Positions 6,141 to 16,972 of a stretch of 29,748 nt of DNA are shown here, in pieces. The translations under genes and the position numbers were made by a program. Below the pieces are notes generated by a model. The model had not been told where the DNA came from. It saw only the letters and a program-made list of their open reading frames with translations, and did no database searches. The DNA comes from a virus (lineage: Duplodnaviria > Caudoviricetes): IMG/VR virus record IMGVR_UViG_3300004241_000039, positions 1-29,748 of that record; one strand, written 5' to 3'. The stretch's first letter is position 1, and each line of letters opens with the position of its first letter.

Positions 6141-8924
6141 TTATTTAGTTGATATTGTTCGACTTCCGTTTGTATCTATCTCATAATGTACGCCGTATGT
6201 TGTTAATATCACGTCACCAGCATCGCCGCCAGTTCTTGCAATGGTTACGGATAGTTGACTTCCTAACTCTGCTGCCCCTGCAAATGTAGAGTCATATACA
6301 TCAACTTTGTTTCCATTTGCTAATTGCGCACTCGTGGCTGTTAATGTTGATGAGCCGCTAGTTGTTCCAGTTGATTGTCGCAATTCCCAATAAAGAGTAA
6401 AAGTAACTCCAGTGGTTCCAACCGATTCACCAGATTTCAAAAATACATGTGCATGTGGTGCAAATACTGAGCTTAATTTATATTTGTGCGGCAATTCCTG
6501 AGCGTCGCCACATAGTTGATTGTTTGCGCTTGTAAATTCACGATGAACAACATTATTTATTGTAACGTAATCTGGAAGAGTGACAGCTGCACCTCCTGAG
6601 CTGTTTGGCGCAAAATTCAAATCTTCAAATACTGTTGCATCTCCGTTCATCACTATTGTCCCGTCTGCTTCTATTGTAGTGTTATCGGCAGATGTTCCTA
6701 TTTCGGCTGCTTTTGAAAATATTTTTCCATCTGTATTAACTGAATACACTACTGCTTCATCTGAATCTCTACCAGCAATTATATTTGAAGCACCGTCGTT
6801 TGAATCGCCTTTGATTGTGATTTTGCCTACTACTGGAGTTCCGTCTAGGTCAGACGTACCAATTGCTACAATACCATTACTTGTAATTATGACCTTTTCT
6901 GTGCCTACCAATGTTGTATTGTTCGAGGCGGTATAAAATGATATCTTTGTTGCGGTATTCCCAGAAGAGGAGCCTCCTCCGAATTGAAGAATATTTTCAG
7001 TTGATGAAGATTGTGCAAATAGCGTCAATACAGGTTCTTCTGAATTTAAAAAATGTGGCACTCCCCACCTCGATACTTTTAATGTCGAATTGGTTCTAGT
7101 CTTTGCATTGTTGTCTGCGCCAGTTGTAATACACATCCCAGTTCCCTGCGAAATGTCAATTAACGATAGTGGAAGTATTGTTCCAATGCCTAAATTTGTG
7201 CCATTAAAATAAGCGTTGGTATTAGCTAAATTTGTGCCGTTGAAATATGGAACATAGCCAGAAGTTAACGCATTACCACCTATAACCTGATTAACTGTAC
7301 CATAAGTAAGTTGTGAAGTTGAGCCTTGAGAATAGGGAATTGTACCTGCTGCTCCTGCATTGCCAGATTTGAAAGCATCAAGAAGGAGAGTGGTGTTTGA
7401 GAGCTTATAACTAGTGGCATCTACATATCCACTAATCCAAATATTGCCAGTCTGAGCACTTGTAGGGGAAACTTGCACATAGTTTGCTGAACCTGAAGAA
7501 GGGGCTTTCAATGCAAGCGCGTCGAACAACGCATTGCCACTTGCTGCTATTGAGGTGTGTCCGTCAACAATGGCATCTTCAACCTTTCCGTCAGCATAAC
7601 TGTTTGAGGTAGTGTTAGGGGCATTGTCGCCTGTATTAGTTCCACTTACTGCATTTAGTGCGGCAATGTTTGAATGTATGTCGGTTGAGTAGGTACCTGC
7701 TGGCTGTGCGCCTACTTCAGAATAGGTATATGTAGGTTTTGTTTCAGCCTTTGCCCACGCGTAAACATCTGATGCTGGTAGTGATGTTGGCTTATCGGTC
7801 AGGCTATTGTAACTCTTTTCGTCGAGATTTTGCAAAGAATCATGGTCAGTTTTTTGCCTATATCCTGACAAATCGGGATTAACGAGGTCTGAAAGATCAA
7901 CTGTCGAAGCATCTAACGAAAGGCTCAACGTGTTGCCTGTTCTCGATAAGTCCTGAAGTTCATTGGTGGTACTTCCGTCAACTTCCGAGGTAAGGTAGTC
8001 GTTTATGTTGTAATTGAAATCAAAATATCCCTCTGGTTCATTCCATACTGGGATTTGACCTTCTGTTTCTAATTCAGTTCCGTTTACGTCGCTTAGTTCT
8101 CTAAGACGCGGTATTGTGGTAACTTTCAAAGAAATGACCCCATTCACTGCATGAGTCACTTGAACAACTCCGATCATGCAAGTAAAAAACTTTGGAGACG
8201 GCGGCGTTAGCGTCCAAACAGTTGAACTATCTGGGTGATTGACATATATCAATGAACTTTCTGGATAGTTAATTGTATTCAACGGCCTTACTTTTCCGTT
8301 CTTAGTTACACGTCCAACTGTGTTTTGCGGTATAGAATCGACTGTGACAACACCTATAAAACAGCAAGCAGATTGCTGGTCTGTTATGTCTGTTCGAGAT
8401 ATTGCCGATCTATTTCCGCTTGCCCCTATCACACTAACTGGATCGCCTTCATGCAATGTTTCGCCGCTTAAATTATGATAATAGTCTCCTAATTCTTCAC
8501 CAATTTCAAAACTACCACCGTCGGCAAGTTTTACGGATACTGTTCTTTCGTCCGTATTCCAATACAATTCACCAGTTACAGGTGATGGATTGGCATTTGT
8601 GTCAACTATGAAACTTTCCGCCTTGATCCAATTTGCACCCATTTGCAAGTTGGTTGTAGCTCCTTCATAAGGAACATAAAAAGCTGCGTACTTTTGAATT
8701 GAATCCAAAACCTGTTGACCTGTTGAATCGGGGTAATAGTTTGCAATGTTTACCCACTTCCCATCCACGCGCCCGAGAAGTTGACCGTCTTGTGAGTTGC
8801 TAATCAAGAATGTATCTTGATTAATGGCAAAGGCGGTAACTTTAACCCCCTTGTAATTATTCCATTGCCCAAACGAAGCAACGGAAAAAAGCAAAATTAT
8901 TGCTATTGATAGTATTTTTTTCAT
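6141..8924 (-). CDS. Tail fibre-like protein with N-terminal signal peptide (about 927 aa)
   Basis: Fibre-type motifs (YNSLTDKP, SDVYAWAK..KPTYT..EVGA, NLGIGT). Start MKKILS at 8924 is ATGA-coupled to the upstream stop. Confidence 0.75.
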   Translation of the reverse strand: MKKILSIAIILLFSVASFGQWNNYKGVKVTAFAINQDTFLISNSQDGQLLGRVDGKWVNIANYYPDSTGQQVLDSIQKYAAFYVPYEGATTNLQMGANWIKAESFIVDTNANPSPVTGELYWNTDERTVSVKLADGGSFEIGEELGDYYHNLSGETLHEGDPVSVIGASGNRSAISRTDITDQQSACCFIGVVTVDSIPQNTVGRVTKNGKVRPLNTINYPESSLIYVNHPDSSTVWTLTPPSPKFFTCMIGVVQVTHAVNGVISLKVTTIPRLRELSDVNGTELETEGQIPVWNEPEGYFDFNYNINDYLTSEVDGSTTNELQDLSRTGNTLSLSLDASTVDLSDLVNPDLSGYRQKTDHDSLQNLDEKSYNSLTDKPTSLPASDVYAWAKAETKPTYTYSEVGAQPAGTYSTDIHSNIAALNAVSGTNTGDNAPNTTSNSYADGKVEDAIVDGHTSIAASGNALFDALALKAPSSGSANYVQVSPTSAQTGNIWISGYVDATSYKLSNTTLLLDAFKSGNAGAAGTIPYSQGSTSQLTYGTVNQVIGGNALTSGYVPYFNGTNLANTNAYFNGTNLGIGTILPLSLIDISQGTGMCITTGADNNAKTRTNSTLKVSRWGVPHFLNSEEPVLTLFAQSSSTENILQFGGGSSSGNTATKISFYTASNNTTLVGTEKVIITSNGIVAIGTSDLDGTPVVGKITIKGDSNDGASNIIAGRDSDEAVVYSVNTDGKIFSKAAEIGTSADNTTIEADGTIVMNGDATVFEDLNFAPNSSGGAAVTLPDYVTINNVVHREFTSANNQLCGDAQELPHKYKLSSVFAPHAHVFLKSGESVGTTGVTFTLYWELRQSTGTTSGSSTLTATSAQLANGNKVDVYDSTFAGAAELGSQLSVTIARTGGDAGDVILTTYGVHYEIDTNGSRTISTK

Positions 8925-9253
8925 GAATTGTATTTTATTGCTTTCCATTTTACTAATTCAACGTTTTCTGGTACAAAAATATCAAAACCTGTTTCTGTTT
9001 CGTTGTCAACCCAACACTCTACTTTATTTAATGCACCGTTGAATCCATCAGCTTCAGCCAAATATGAATCGTCGTCAAATGGTTCAAGTGCCGGGAAGTC
9101 GATATGTAACCAGCCTTCTTGAACTCCTGTTTCAAAACCTGCCTTTATTGTTTTTTTAATCAGGTAGTTAGTTTCACAAGTACTATAAGACTGCTCAACC
9201 GTGACTAATATTTCACGGGTTTCAAATGCTGATTCTACTATTACTGTGCTCAT
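8921..9253 (-). CDS. Hypothetical tail-region protein (110 aa)
   Basis: ATGA overlaps on both sides. Short beta-rich sequence (ETGFDIFV). Confidence 0.7.
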   Translation of the reverse strand: MSTVIVESAFETREILVTVEQSYSTCETNYLIKKTIKAGFETGVQEGWLHIDFPALEPFDDDSYLAEADGFNGALNKVECWVDNETETGFDIFVPENVELVKWKAIKYNS

Positions 9254-9624
9254 GCTATATTTTGTTTAATGTTCCAGACTCCTTTAAGATATGAAAAACA
9301 AAAGCCAGACGAGTTTGTGATTTTTAATTCGTGAACTATTTCACCAGCCGAATAATTGGAAATTAATCGCTCGACTTCATCAAACCTAAATATTCCATTT
9401 GCGGCATCAATGATTGTTATTCCGTTCCCAATTTTCCTATCAAGAACAATACCCCCTGTTTCTGAATATCTGAACACCCATTTTATTGTTGCGCCTGTCA
9501 AGTCGATAGGAGTTTCAACACCTTCAATCACTTCCTTTAGTGTGATTGTCATTGATGGAAAAGTGTTTGTTCTAGTCCAGTCGGGAAAGTCAAGTATTCC
9601 TATTGTATCGTAAGTTGTTGCCAT
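9250..9624 (-). CDS. Baseplate upper protein N-terminal-like (BppU-like) domain protein
   Basis: PIDLTGATI...ITIIDAANGIF pattern typical of such Ig-like baseplate domains, in a tail context. Confidence 0.55.
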   Translation of the reverse strand: MATTYDTIGILDFPDWTRTNTFPSMTITLKEVIEGVETPIDLTGATIKWVFRYSETGGIVLDRKIGNGITIIDAANGIFRFDEVERLISNYSAGEIVHELKITNSSGFCFSYLKGVWNIKQNIA

Positions 9625-9634
9625 ATCTTATTTT

Positions 9635-10816
9635 TTAAAATGATTCCATCCTATCACACACAATTCTGATTGAAAGCACCACAGCATCACCAGTCACACC
9701 AAAGTAAATTGTATTTGCCGCTGCAAAATCTGGCTTATCGTGAACCGCAAAAGAATAAGTTGTGTTGATTGCTTCAATATTTCCCCCTTCAGCATCTATA
9801 ATGTCTGTACCTGCCAACCCATGACCACAAGTAGCTGTTGCCACATTACCACTGCTCAATGCTGCATGACGTATAAATATCGAGTGCAAGAAATACCCGT
9901 CAGGAATATCAAATGTGAAATCTGTTGTGATTCCGTCATTTGTGAAAAATTTCATCCATTCTAAATCAGCCATAATGAATCCTAAATTATCGACATTCAA
10001 GCCGAGTGAATATTTTTGTGTTAAAGAAATAGTTGCCGCAAAACTGGTCGAGTTGCCAACGTTTTCAAATTCGACCGCCCCATCCCGGACATAGCTAATG
10101 CCATTAACCGAAACAAAATCAAGCATTGAGCATGAAATCAGGCGGTCAATCATGTATTCCGGAATGATTCCACTCTTAAATTGAACACCCTTAATGAATT
10201 TTCCACTTATAACATCAACAGATTGCACCCCTTCGAGTAGTTCAATTTTGTCGGTAGGCTTCAAAATCCTGCAATTGCCTTCAATGTAGAATCTCAATGT
10301 GTGGTTATCGGTTGTAAGTGAAGACCAGTCTACAAAGAAGTCGCTTAGATCGCTGTTTTGCGCGTCAAAGTTGCTGTATTCAAACACTTTGATCTCTCCG
10401 TTTCCGATCTGCTCAGTTAAGTCAGTAAACAAAACAGGCTCGCTAGTTAAGATGTCCGTTCCCTGAGTGGCTGTGAAAGTTATCACTTGCTCATTGAAAA
10501 TGATTGCATCTGACAAAAGGAAGTTGAAAAAATAAATCACTCCTTCTGTACCTGTCACAGTATTGGCCAGTACCCCGACGGTTGTTTTTACCAACAATTG
10601 ATTTTTGTAGGCTTTTATTTCTGGTGGTGTGGCTGAGTCGCTATTGAGTTGTAAAACAATTCCCCCTGAGTTTGGGAATTTTTGACAATATTGAATTACA
10701 TTGTAATTTCCATGCCTGTAATACCTATGCAGTGTGTTTTCGGCGTTCGGAAGATCTCCATTTGTGAGGTCTTTGAATGTTATCGGGTTTACAATCGGGC
10801 TAATCAGCATATACAA
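9635..10816 (-). CDS. Tail/baseplate structural protein (393 aa)
   Basis: Long ORF two genes downstream of the tape measure gene. Confidence 0.6.
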   Translation of the reverse strand: MYMLISPIVNPITFKDLTNGDLPNAENTLHRYYRHGNYNVIQYCQKFPNSGGIVLQLNSDSATPPEIKAYKNQLLVKTTVGVLANTVTGTEGVIYFFNFLLSDAIIFNEQVITFTATQGTDILTSEPVLFTDLTEQIGNGEIKVFEYSNFDAQNSDLSDFFVDWSSLTTDNHTLRFYIEGNCRILKPTDKIELLEGVQSVDVISGKFIKGVQFKSGIIPEYMIDRLISCSMLDFVSVNGISYVRDGAVEFENVGNSTSFAATISLTQKYSLGLNVDNLGFIMADLEWMKFFTNDGITTDFTFDIPDGYFLHSIFIRHAALSSGNVATATCGHGLAGTDIIDAEGGNIEAINTTYSFAVHDKPDFAAANTIYFGVTGDAVVLSIRIVCDRMESF

Positions 10817-12947
10817 ACCTTTCTATTATTTCAATCGTTGCTTTATTTTCACAATTCTTTTTGGAAACCGACAAAATAAAACCACTAATAGACTTAGTAA
10901 AAGTAATGAATCCATACTGATTTTGCAAGATGGTGTCAAATTCATCATCTGTCAGCACACATTCAACTGTGTGTTTAATTGGCTTCCACAAAGGCCAGCC
11001 AAGAGAATTAAGGAAAAACGTTGTCAATGTCTCATTTTCCCTCAACATAAAACCTTCACCATCAGTTCTTAGGTTTTGATATTTGTGTGACTTTTGGTGC
11101 TGAATCAATCCAGCCGAGTTCTTTTGCATTGCCCCAAGAAACTTATTTTTGTTCCTAACAAGGTTGCGAATCGGTGTTAAGTACAAGTTCAAAGAAGAGT
11201 CGCCAAACATAGAACTATCATCCTCCTGAGTGATCAACTCTTGTTGTTCAGCTACCCAATCTGAATCAGTCTCATCCAGTCGTTGTGATTTAATGATAAA
11301 CAAATGACTATCTCCGGGCTTGTCTTCAGACCCTTCAACATTTGGGATTTGTTCGGCTTGTTTTGCAATACCCATAACATCAGCCCTGATTTTTGAAACC
11401 ATCTCCAATTTTTGCGGAGTGTTCAAAAATGTTGAGTGAGTTACTTTTGTATTGTATTCGCCCCTACCGTTGATTGAATCGTAATCAAAATTTTCATAGC
11501 CATTGACAATTTCACTGTACGCATATTGCGGCATGTACTCTGTTGATATATCAAGAGGGTAAATTCTTGATGATAAATCAATGATTTCGCTGTTCTGAAA
11601 AAAGTACGCGTAATCTTCAATCCTAATTTTTCCGTTTTCAATCCCGTAACCCAGCGACCACATCGAATCAAGACTTTCAAATAACTCATCGAATTTTACA
11701 ACAAATGAATCGATTGAGCTATCCAATGGAACGCCTCGAATATTTAAGCCAGAAAACAAATGAGCAAACCTCGCTGAATTTTCAGTTAAATAACATTCAG
11801 TTGCATTGTGCTTCACATCTACTCGCCCGAAATATTCAGAATACAAAGGATAGTTAATGTCAAGAATCAACTGCAAACATCTTTCAATTGTTTCCAGAAT
11901 AGGAACGCCTTGAATTATCTTTTCAGTAGTGGAAACCGATCCTTCATGAACTGAGAACTGTCTTATCTCGATTTCTAATTCACTGCTTGCATTACCAGCC
12001 GTTTCAATATACACCCGAAGACTGTCACCAGCCGACAATGTGAATGATTGAGCTGTTGTTCCTAAGTATACCCGTCCTTCTGTTGATCCAAATGTATCAA
12101 GTACTCTTTTTTCAATTAGTGTTGATCCTGATCGATGCTCAATTGCATACGTGTATACATCTGTTGACTCATTTTCATGAACAAATACATTAATTGCTGG
12201 CCTTACGTTTAGCGTTCTGCCAACTGAAGAGTTCTCAAAAAAATATGGTATTGCAATTGGTGAAGTTTGAAGCGTTGAAAATGGCGTATTCTTTGCCTCT
12301 GGAAAGTCTGGAAGCTCTGTATTTAATGGAATAGATGAATAAGTTACATCTGTTGCATGACTTAAAACATCGTACTGATTAACACCGCCATAAATGTAGC
12401 TGTACCAATATGCCGAAATATAGTTATCAATAGCCAGTAATTTGAAAGGCTTATCGATTGCTGCTATATGGTCTTCGATGGTTACGCCTCCAACTGAAAT
12501 AAGTTTCTTTAAATCAACTTCATTCCCTTTTCTGTCTTTGAATTTCTGATTAAGTCCAGACCTTGTGCATTTAAGATTGACACCGATTGCCATATCTCCG
12601 ATTTTCGTAATCTTATAATCAGCAAAAACAAGCCTATACTTGTCTGGAAATTGTACGTATTCCATTGTTGATCGATCCAATTTCTCTACTACTAAGTCGG
12701 CTTCTGCGTTTACCTCGCTTGCCAAAAACAAAGCCCTCAACCTGTCTGCTGCATTGCCTACGAATGTCAATGAATCGATTTGATAAGCATTAAACAATCC
12801 AGCGCACTCCATTTCCCTGTTTATCTGCCTTATTCCTTCCTTCCATTCGAGAGGTTCTTTATCACAAACCAAATTGCCCAAGCTGCTTTCAATCGTGAAC
12901 TGATAAGCTTTTGGTGTGTTGGAAATCCATTTACTAATTGAGCCCAT
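10800..12947 (-). CDS. Tail tip/baseplate hub-like protein (715 aa)
   Basis: Immediately follows and overlaps the tape measure gene. Confidence 0.6.
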   Translation of the reverse strand: MGSISKWISNTPKAYQFTIESSLGNLVCDKEPLEWKEGIRQINREMECAGLFNAYQIDSLTFVGNAADRLRALFLASEVNAEADLVVEKLDRSTMEYVQFPDKYRLVFADYKITKIGDMAIGVNLKCTRSGLNQKFKDRKGNEVDLKKLISVGGVTIEDHIAAIDKPFKLLAIDNYISAYWYSYIYGGVNQYDVLSHATDVTYSSIPLNTELPDFPEAKNTPFSTLQTSPIAIPYFFENSSVGRTLNVRPAINVFVHENESTDVYTYAIEHRSGSTLIEKRVLDTFGSTEGRVYLGTTAQSFTLSAGDSLRVYIETAGNASSELEIEIRQFSVHEGSVSTTEKIIQGVPILETIERCLQLILDINYPLYSEYFGRVDVKHNATECYLTENSARFAHLFSGLNIRGVPLDSSIDSFVVKFDELFESLDSMWSLGYGIENGKIRIEDYAYFFQNSEIIDLSSRIYPLDISTEYMPQYAYSEIVNGYENFDYDSINGRGEYNTKVTHSTFLNTPQKLEMVSKIRADVMGIAKQAEQIPNVEGSEDKPGDSHLFIIKSQRLDETDSDWVAEQQELITQEDDSSMFGDSSLNLYLTPIRNLVRNKNKFLGAMQKNSAGLIQHQKSHKYQNLRTDGEGFMLRENETLTTFFLNSLGWPLWKPIKHTVECVLTDDEFDTILQNQYGFITFTKSISGFILSVSKKNCENKATIEIIERFVYAD

Positions 12948-15549
12948 TGTATCTGTTTAATATTTTTACTGTGGTTTGGTTCTGTTTATATCCTACCATT
13001 CGACCGTTCGCCATGATTGGAATTTTCACGTTCTTCATATCGCTTCGCATTCCTTTAATTTCGGTAAGCAACTGGTCGGAATTTCCGACGTGTTCAAATC
13101 CTGAATGATCGGTTCTGTTCATAAACCATTCAGTTTGTTGGTTGCTCATAATCCTTGCACCCTTGTATTTCTCGCCTGAGAAATAAGTGGCCTTGTCAAC
13201 CATCATCTTCTCACCTGATTTCAATTGCATTAATTCACGTCCTTTTTCACCAGCAACAAAAGCCGATGGTGCTGAAAGTGTACCAGTTGCAAAAGCAGGG
13301 ACAACAGGAAGGGGAGTTGATAAGATTGAAGCTATTTGCAAGCCCCCTGCAATACCAGCAGTCGCCGCCATAATCAAACCCAATGGTAAGAATGGTTTAG
13401 TTTGCAGTGCTGAAATAACCGCCTGAGCTGTTCCGATTGTGGCCTCAAATATGGCTCTCATTCGTGATGCCTTAGCTTGCTTGATTTCTATCTCGGCTTT
13501 CTGGGTTGCATATTCTTTTTCAGAAAGAAGACCAGCCGCATTTTTCTGCTCTAATCGTTCAAGATCGCCGCTATATTTTGCATCCATGAAATCAAACAAT
13601 GCACCTTGAATCTGTATTGCTGAGTCAGTGCCAGCCTGAATGATTTCGTCTTTTTTTGCCTTGCGTTCTAATTCTGCTTCTTGATCAATTTCAGCTTGTA
13701 CCCTTTTTTTCTCTGCAATAGATGTTATTGCGTTTGTTTCCAATCCAACCTCTCCAAAACTTGCATCTTCCTTCCGTTTCAGGTCTGTTTCTGTAATTAT
13801 CTTATCCTGTTCAGATGAATTTTTTCTAAGGTCAAACCTTGCCTTATTTAACTTTTCTTGAATTGCTAACTTTTCAGCCTCGCTGCCTTTGAAAGCATCC
13901 AATTCTAACTGGAGAAGATCAAATGTTTTTTCAAGATATTGTTTTTTAAGCTCAAAACCTCTCATTTCAGCTTCTTCTTTTGTCTTAGAAGTAGCTTCTA
14001 TGATCATCATTTCGTTATCAAATTCAAGTTGGCGTTGTGATTCTGCAAATTGAATTTGAGCCTGTAATATTTCCTTATCCCTATCGGCTTTTTCTTTTGC
14101 TGTTGCCTCTCTGTCTTTGTTTATTTCTTCCTCAAACCCTGTCATTTTTGAATAACGCCTTTTGTTTTCTTCAAAATAAACAGAATCAGCATCAACCATT
14201 TTTGCATATGTTTCTTCTAATGAATCAAATTTTGATCTGTTAACGTCGAAAGCCTCTTTTGCTGCTCCTTGTAGGTTTTCACGTTCTGCATCACTTGCCC
14301 GAATAATGGTTACTATTTCTTCCTGTTTCAATCCGCTTAAATCAGCCAGATATTTTGCTTCTGCATTAAACTTATCAATAGCAAGTTTTTTCCTGTTTTC
14401 TGAATCTTCCTGTTCTAATGCCAATAACTTTGAAAGTGCTTCTTTCCGTTGTTCTGGTGAAAGTGATTTATTTTGGCTTTCAAAATCTAACTTTGCAATC
14501 TCATTCCTTAAATCTGCAGCCCTGCTAATGTAATTCGTTTGACTATCTTCTATGTTATCAATTGTTTGCGCATATTCCTTGCCTGACTGAGCTGCTTCTT
14601 TTAGTCTTTCACTTACATCTTTTGTGGCGTTCGCATACTCTTCAGCCGCTTTTTTGCTATCTCCAGAAAACAAAGCAATTATTGATTTTGAAAGACCAGC
14701 CGCAACTTGCCTAACCACATCAAACATGGCTTTTAATTGTTGCATTTTCTCAGCAAGCAAATCAGCCCCCGAATCAGTGCTTAGAAAAGCCTTGCCTAAT
14801 GCGTATATTGCACCAACTATTGCACCCAATACAAGAAGAATAGGGTTTGAAAATATTGCAACAAAAAAAGCCTTTCCTAATTGGAACACTCCCTTTGTTA
14901 ATCCCTTGAGACCTATTTCGCCATTCTTAAAAGAATTAAATAATCCAGTGAATGCTTGCTTATAGTCTCCAATGCCTATTTTTTGCTTCTGCAATTTATT
15001 GGCACTATCGGACATTAGTTGATTATTTTCATCTTGCTTCTTGTTTATTTTTTCAAGCTGTTCAGCATAGTTTACGTCTGTATTTATCAGCTTTTCTTTT
15101 TGAATTTGAAGCAAACGATTTTCAGCCTTCGCCCGTTGTAGGGTTCCTGAGTTCTTATCATTAATGATTGAATTTAATTTCGTTACCTCATTTGCTTCTT
15201 GCAATGCTCTTTTTTTATCAGCAAGCGTCTTGCTTGTTTGCGTGTTTGCAGTTGCTAGCTTGGCTTCTGTTGCTGACAATTGGCGTTGTTGGCTGTCCAA
15301 CTCCTTAGCGGCTGCAGTTAACTTGTTATGACTCTCAGCCGCCTTGTTTAATATGGCTGCATATTCACCAGCCTTTTCAGTTGCTCCATTGGATGATTTA
15401 TTTGTTTCATCCATTTGCTTTTTCAAATCATCCTGAACTTTCAAGAACTTTCTTAAGTCTTCCGCCGTGCCTATTATTTCGGTTCGAAGATTCTTAATAT
15501 TTGTGATCTCTTTCGGGTCAACTATTCCTACAATGTCATATTGTGCCAT
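12934..15549 (-). CDS. Tape measure protein
   Basis: 871 aa, Ala/Lys/Glu-rich helical sequence with hydrophobic patches (SNPILLVLGAIVGAI) and C-terminal FATG...VAGEKGRE motif. Confidence 0.88.
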   Translation of the reverse strand: MAQYDIVGIVDPKEITNIKNLRTEIIGTAEDLRKFLKVQDDLKKQMDETNKSSNGATEKAGEYAAILNKAAESHNKLTAAAKELDSQQRQLSATEAKLATANTQTSKTLADKKRALQEANEVTKLNSIINDKNSGTLQRAKAENRLLQIQKEKLINTDVNYAEQLEKINKKQDENNQLMSDSANKLQKQKIGIGDYKQAFTGLFNSFKNGEIGLKGLTKGVFQLGKAFFVAIFSNPILLVLGAIVGAIYALGKAFLSTDSGADLLAEKMQQLKAMFDVVRQVAAGLSKSIIALFSGDSKKAAEEYANATKDVSERLKEAAQSGKEYAQTIDNIEDSQTNYISRAADLRNEIAKLDFESQNKSLSPEQRKEALSKLLALEQEDSENRKKLAIDKFNAEAKYLADLSGLKQEEIVTIIRASDAERENLQGAAKEAFDVNRSKFDSLEETYAKMVDADSVYFEENKRRYSKMTGFEEEINKDREATAKEKADRDKEILQAQIQFAESQRQLEFDNEMMIIEATSKTKEEAEMRGFELKKQYLEKTFDLLQLELDAFKGSEAEKLAIQEKLNKARFDLRKNSSEQDKIITETDLKRKEDASFGEVGLETNAITSIAEKKRVQAEIDQEAELERKAKKDEIIQAGTDSAIQIQGALFDFMDAKYSGDLERLEQKNAAGLLSEKEYATQKAEIEIKQAKASRMRAIFEATIGTAQAVISALQTKPFLPLGLIMAATAGIAGGLQIASILSTPLPVVPAFATGTLSAPSAFVAGEKGRELMQLKSGEKMMVDKATYFSGEKYKGARIMSNQQTEWFMNRTDHSGFEHVGNSDQLLTEIKGMRSDMKNVKIPIMANGRMVGYKQNQTTVKILNRYNGLN

Positions 15550-15551
15550 AC

Positions 15552-16232
15552 TTAATAACGGTTTTTCATTTTATCGGCTTGCGCCTGTTCTGCTTCCATC
15601 TTCTGAACTGCTTTTTTGTACAGCTCAACAAAATCGACTACTAACATTTCCTCGCTCTTTACAGGGGATATTTCCAAATACATGAAGATTGAAATCACTA
15701 ACGACATAATTCCGACGGCCTTTTTATTTTGATTTTCGACAGCGTTCTTTTGCCTGTACAAGAATAATCGATCGGTTTTTGTCTTAACGTATTCCTGAAA
15801 TTCTTTTATGTCATTGGTTTCTTTAATGTCAATTCCTGTTTCAGACTTAATACGGATGATTAATTTCCTCAACTCATCGCTGTAATTAGTTATTTCCCTC
15901 AATTTTCTTGAGTGTATTTTGTTCTTTAATGCAAACAACCTTGCATTATTATTTAGAATCGATATAATTAACAGTTCTAATGCCTGCAATGTGTTTACCT
16001 CAATCTGCAATTTTGCTTCGTACTTAACCCGAGAGGATTTTAATTCTTCATCCAGTTCTTTTGATGCACTATCAGAAAGCATTGTAGTGAGTTTTTCAAC
16101 CTCTGCAATGATCTTTTTTGCAAACATGAATGCAGGAAGTGGATTTAATTTACCTCGAAAATGCCCGATCTTGCCCGTTCTTTCCATAACTGCAAAATCT
16201 TTTATTGTTATCTCGTTGTGTTTCTTAATCAT
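15552..16232 (-). CDS. Putative tail assembly chaperone
   Basis: Helical protein directly upstream of the tape measure gene. Call is positional only. Confidence 0.45.
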   Translation of the reverse strand: MIKKHNEITIKDFAVMERTGKIGHFRGKLNPLPAFMFAKKIIAEVEKLTTMLSDSASKELDEELKSSRVKYEAKLQIEVNTLQALELLIISILNNNARLFALKNKIHSRKLREITNYSDELRKLIIRIKSETGIDIKETNDIKEFQEYVKTKTDRLFLYRQKNAVENQNKKAVGIMSLVISIFMYLEISPVKSEEMLVVDFVELYKKAVQKMEAEQAQADKMKNRY

Positions 16233-16316
16233 TTTATCTTATATTTGTTTTGGATTTGTCTCATAATTTTTGTTAGGGTTTGTTTTTTAGGGGTTGGCAG
16301 TCGTCAACCCTTTCTT

Positions 16317-16748
16317 TTACCTCAATAATCCTTCCTTTCTTAACCTTAACCCGATCGCACCGTTAGTAATTGAATATGCTTTTGTTTGGTTAGATGGTGC
16401 TACCCCGTGAATTTGATCACCGTATTTTTCCCGTAGTTTCAAATCTTTCCAATCTGTTGAATGAATTTCAAACTTCTCTCCATTAGTGTTTAATATCATT
16501 TTCTTTTGAAAGTCGCCAGTGTCGAAAAGGTCTGGATTGCTGGTTTTTTTTCCTGCTTTGGCTTTGTAGTTTGGATTATAAGGAGGTGAAATTGCGTTGT
16601 CAAAAGCGTCAACCTGTCTGAATAGCATCTGTTCTCTATTCAAATCTAGCAGCATGTAGTCAACCGATCGAACAGACAAGCTAATGTTATCGGTTATTTT
16701 ATCACAGAAAGAATTTAAAGCTGTTTCTATTTCAAATAGTCTACTCAT
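16317..16748 (-). CDS. Putative tail completion/neck protein
   Basis: PDLFDTGDFQKKM resembles the L.DTG.L motif of virion morphogenesis proteins. Confidence 0.5.
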   Translation of the reverse strand: MSRLFEIETALNSFCDKITDNISLSVRSVDYMLLDLNREQMLFRQVDAFDNAISPPYNPNYKAKAGKKTSNPDLFDTGDFQKKMILNTNGEKFEIHSTDWKDLKLREKYGDQIHGVAPSNQTKAYSITNGAIGLRLRKEGLLR

Positions 16749-16775
16749 GCTTATTTAGAATCGTTCTAAAGTTAC

Positions 16776-16801
16776 AAAAAAAGGAGCTAAAAAATAGCCC
16801 C
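16776..16801 (-). terminator. Intrinsic terminator after the major tail gene pair
   Basis: GGGGCTA/TAGCTCC stem followed by T7 on the minus strand. Confidence 0.7.
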
Positions 16802-16807
16802 TCTTTA

Positions 16808-16972
16808 TTATTTCTGTTTTGCCTTCCTAGGATGTTTCCCCCCTAGCTTTTCAAATGCTTCTTCAACTGTCATTTCTGTTTTTCCCTTCAATACCTTTTC
16901 AAAGAAAAGTTTGAAATCTTTAAACGGCCATTTTCCGACCTCTAAAGATACGTCAGCCGTTCCGATCAGCAT
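16808..16972 (-). CDS. Small hypothetical protein (54 aa, MLIGTADVSLEVGKWPF...)
   Basis: Manually translated. TAATG-coupled to the major tail gene and ends just before a terminator. Confidence 0.65.
   Translation of the reverse strand: MLIGTADVSLEVGKWPFKDFKLFFEKVLKGKTEMTVEEAFEKLGGKHPRKAKQK

Noticed and set aside
3258-8924. Diversity-generating retroelement or invertible tail-fibre switch
   Set aside because: No reverse transcriptase, no template/variable repeat pair and no inverted fibre segments were seen in the window.
15552-16972. Programmed frameshift in the tail chaperone region
   Set aside because: No convincing pair of overlapping frames with a slippery site was found by eye before the tape measure gene.
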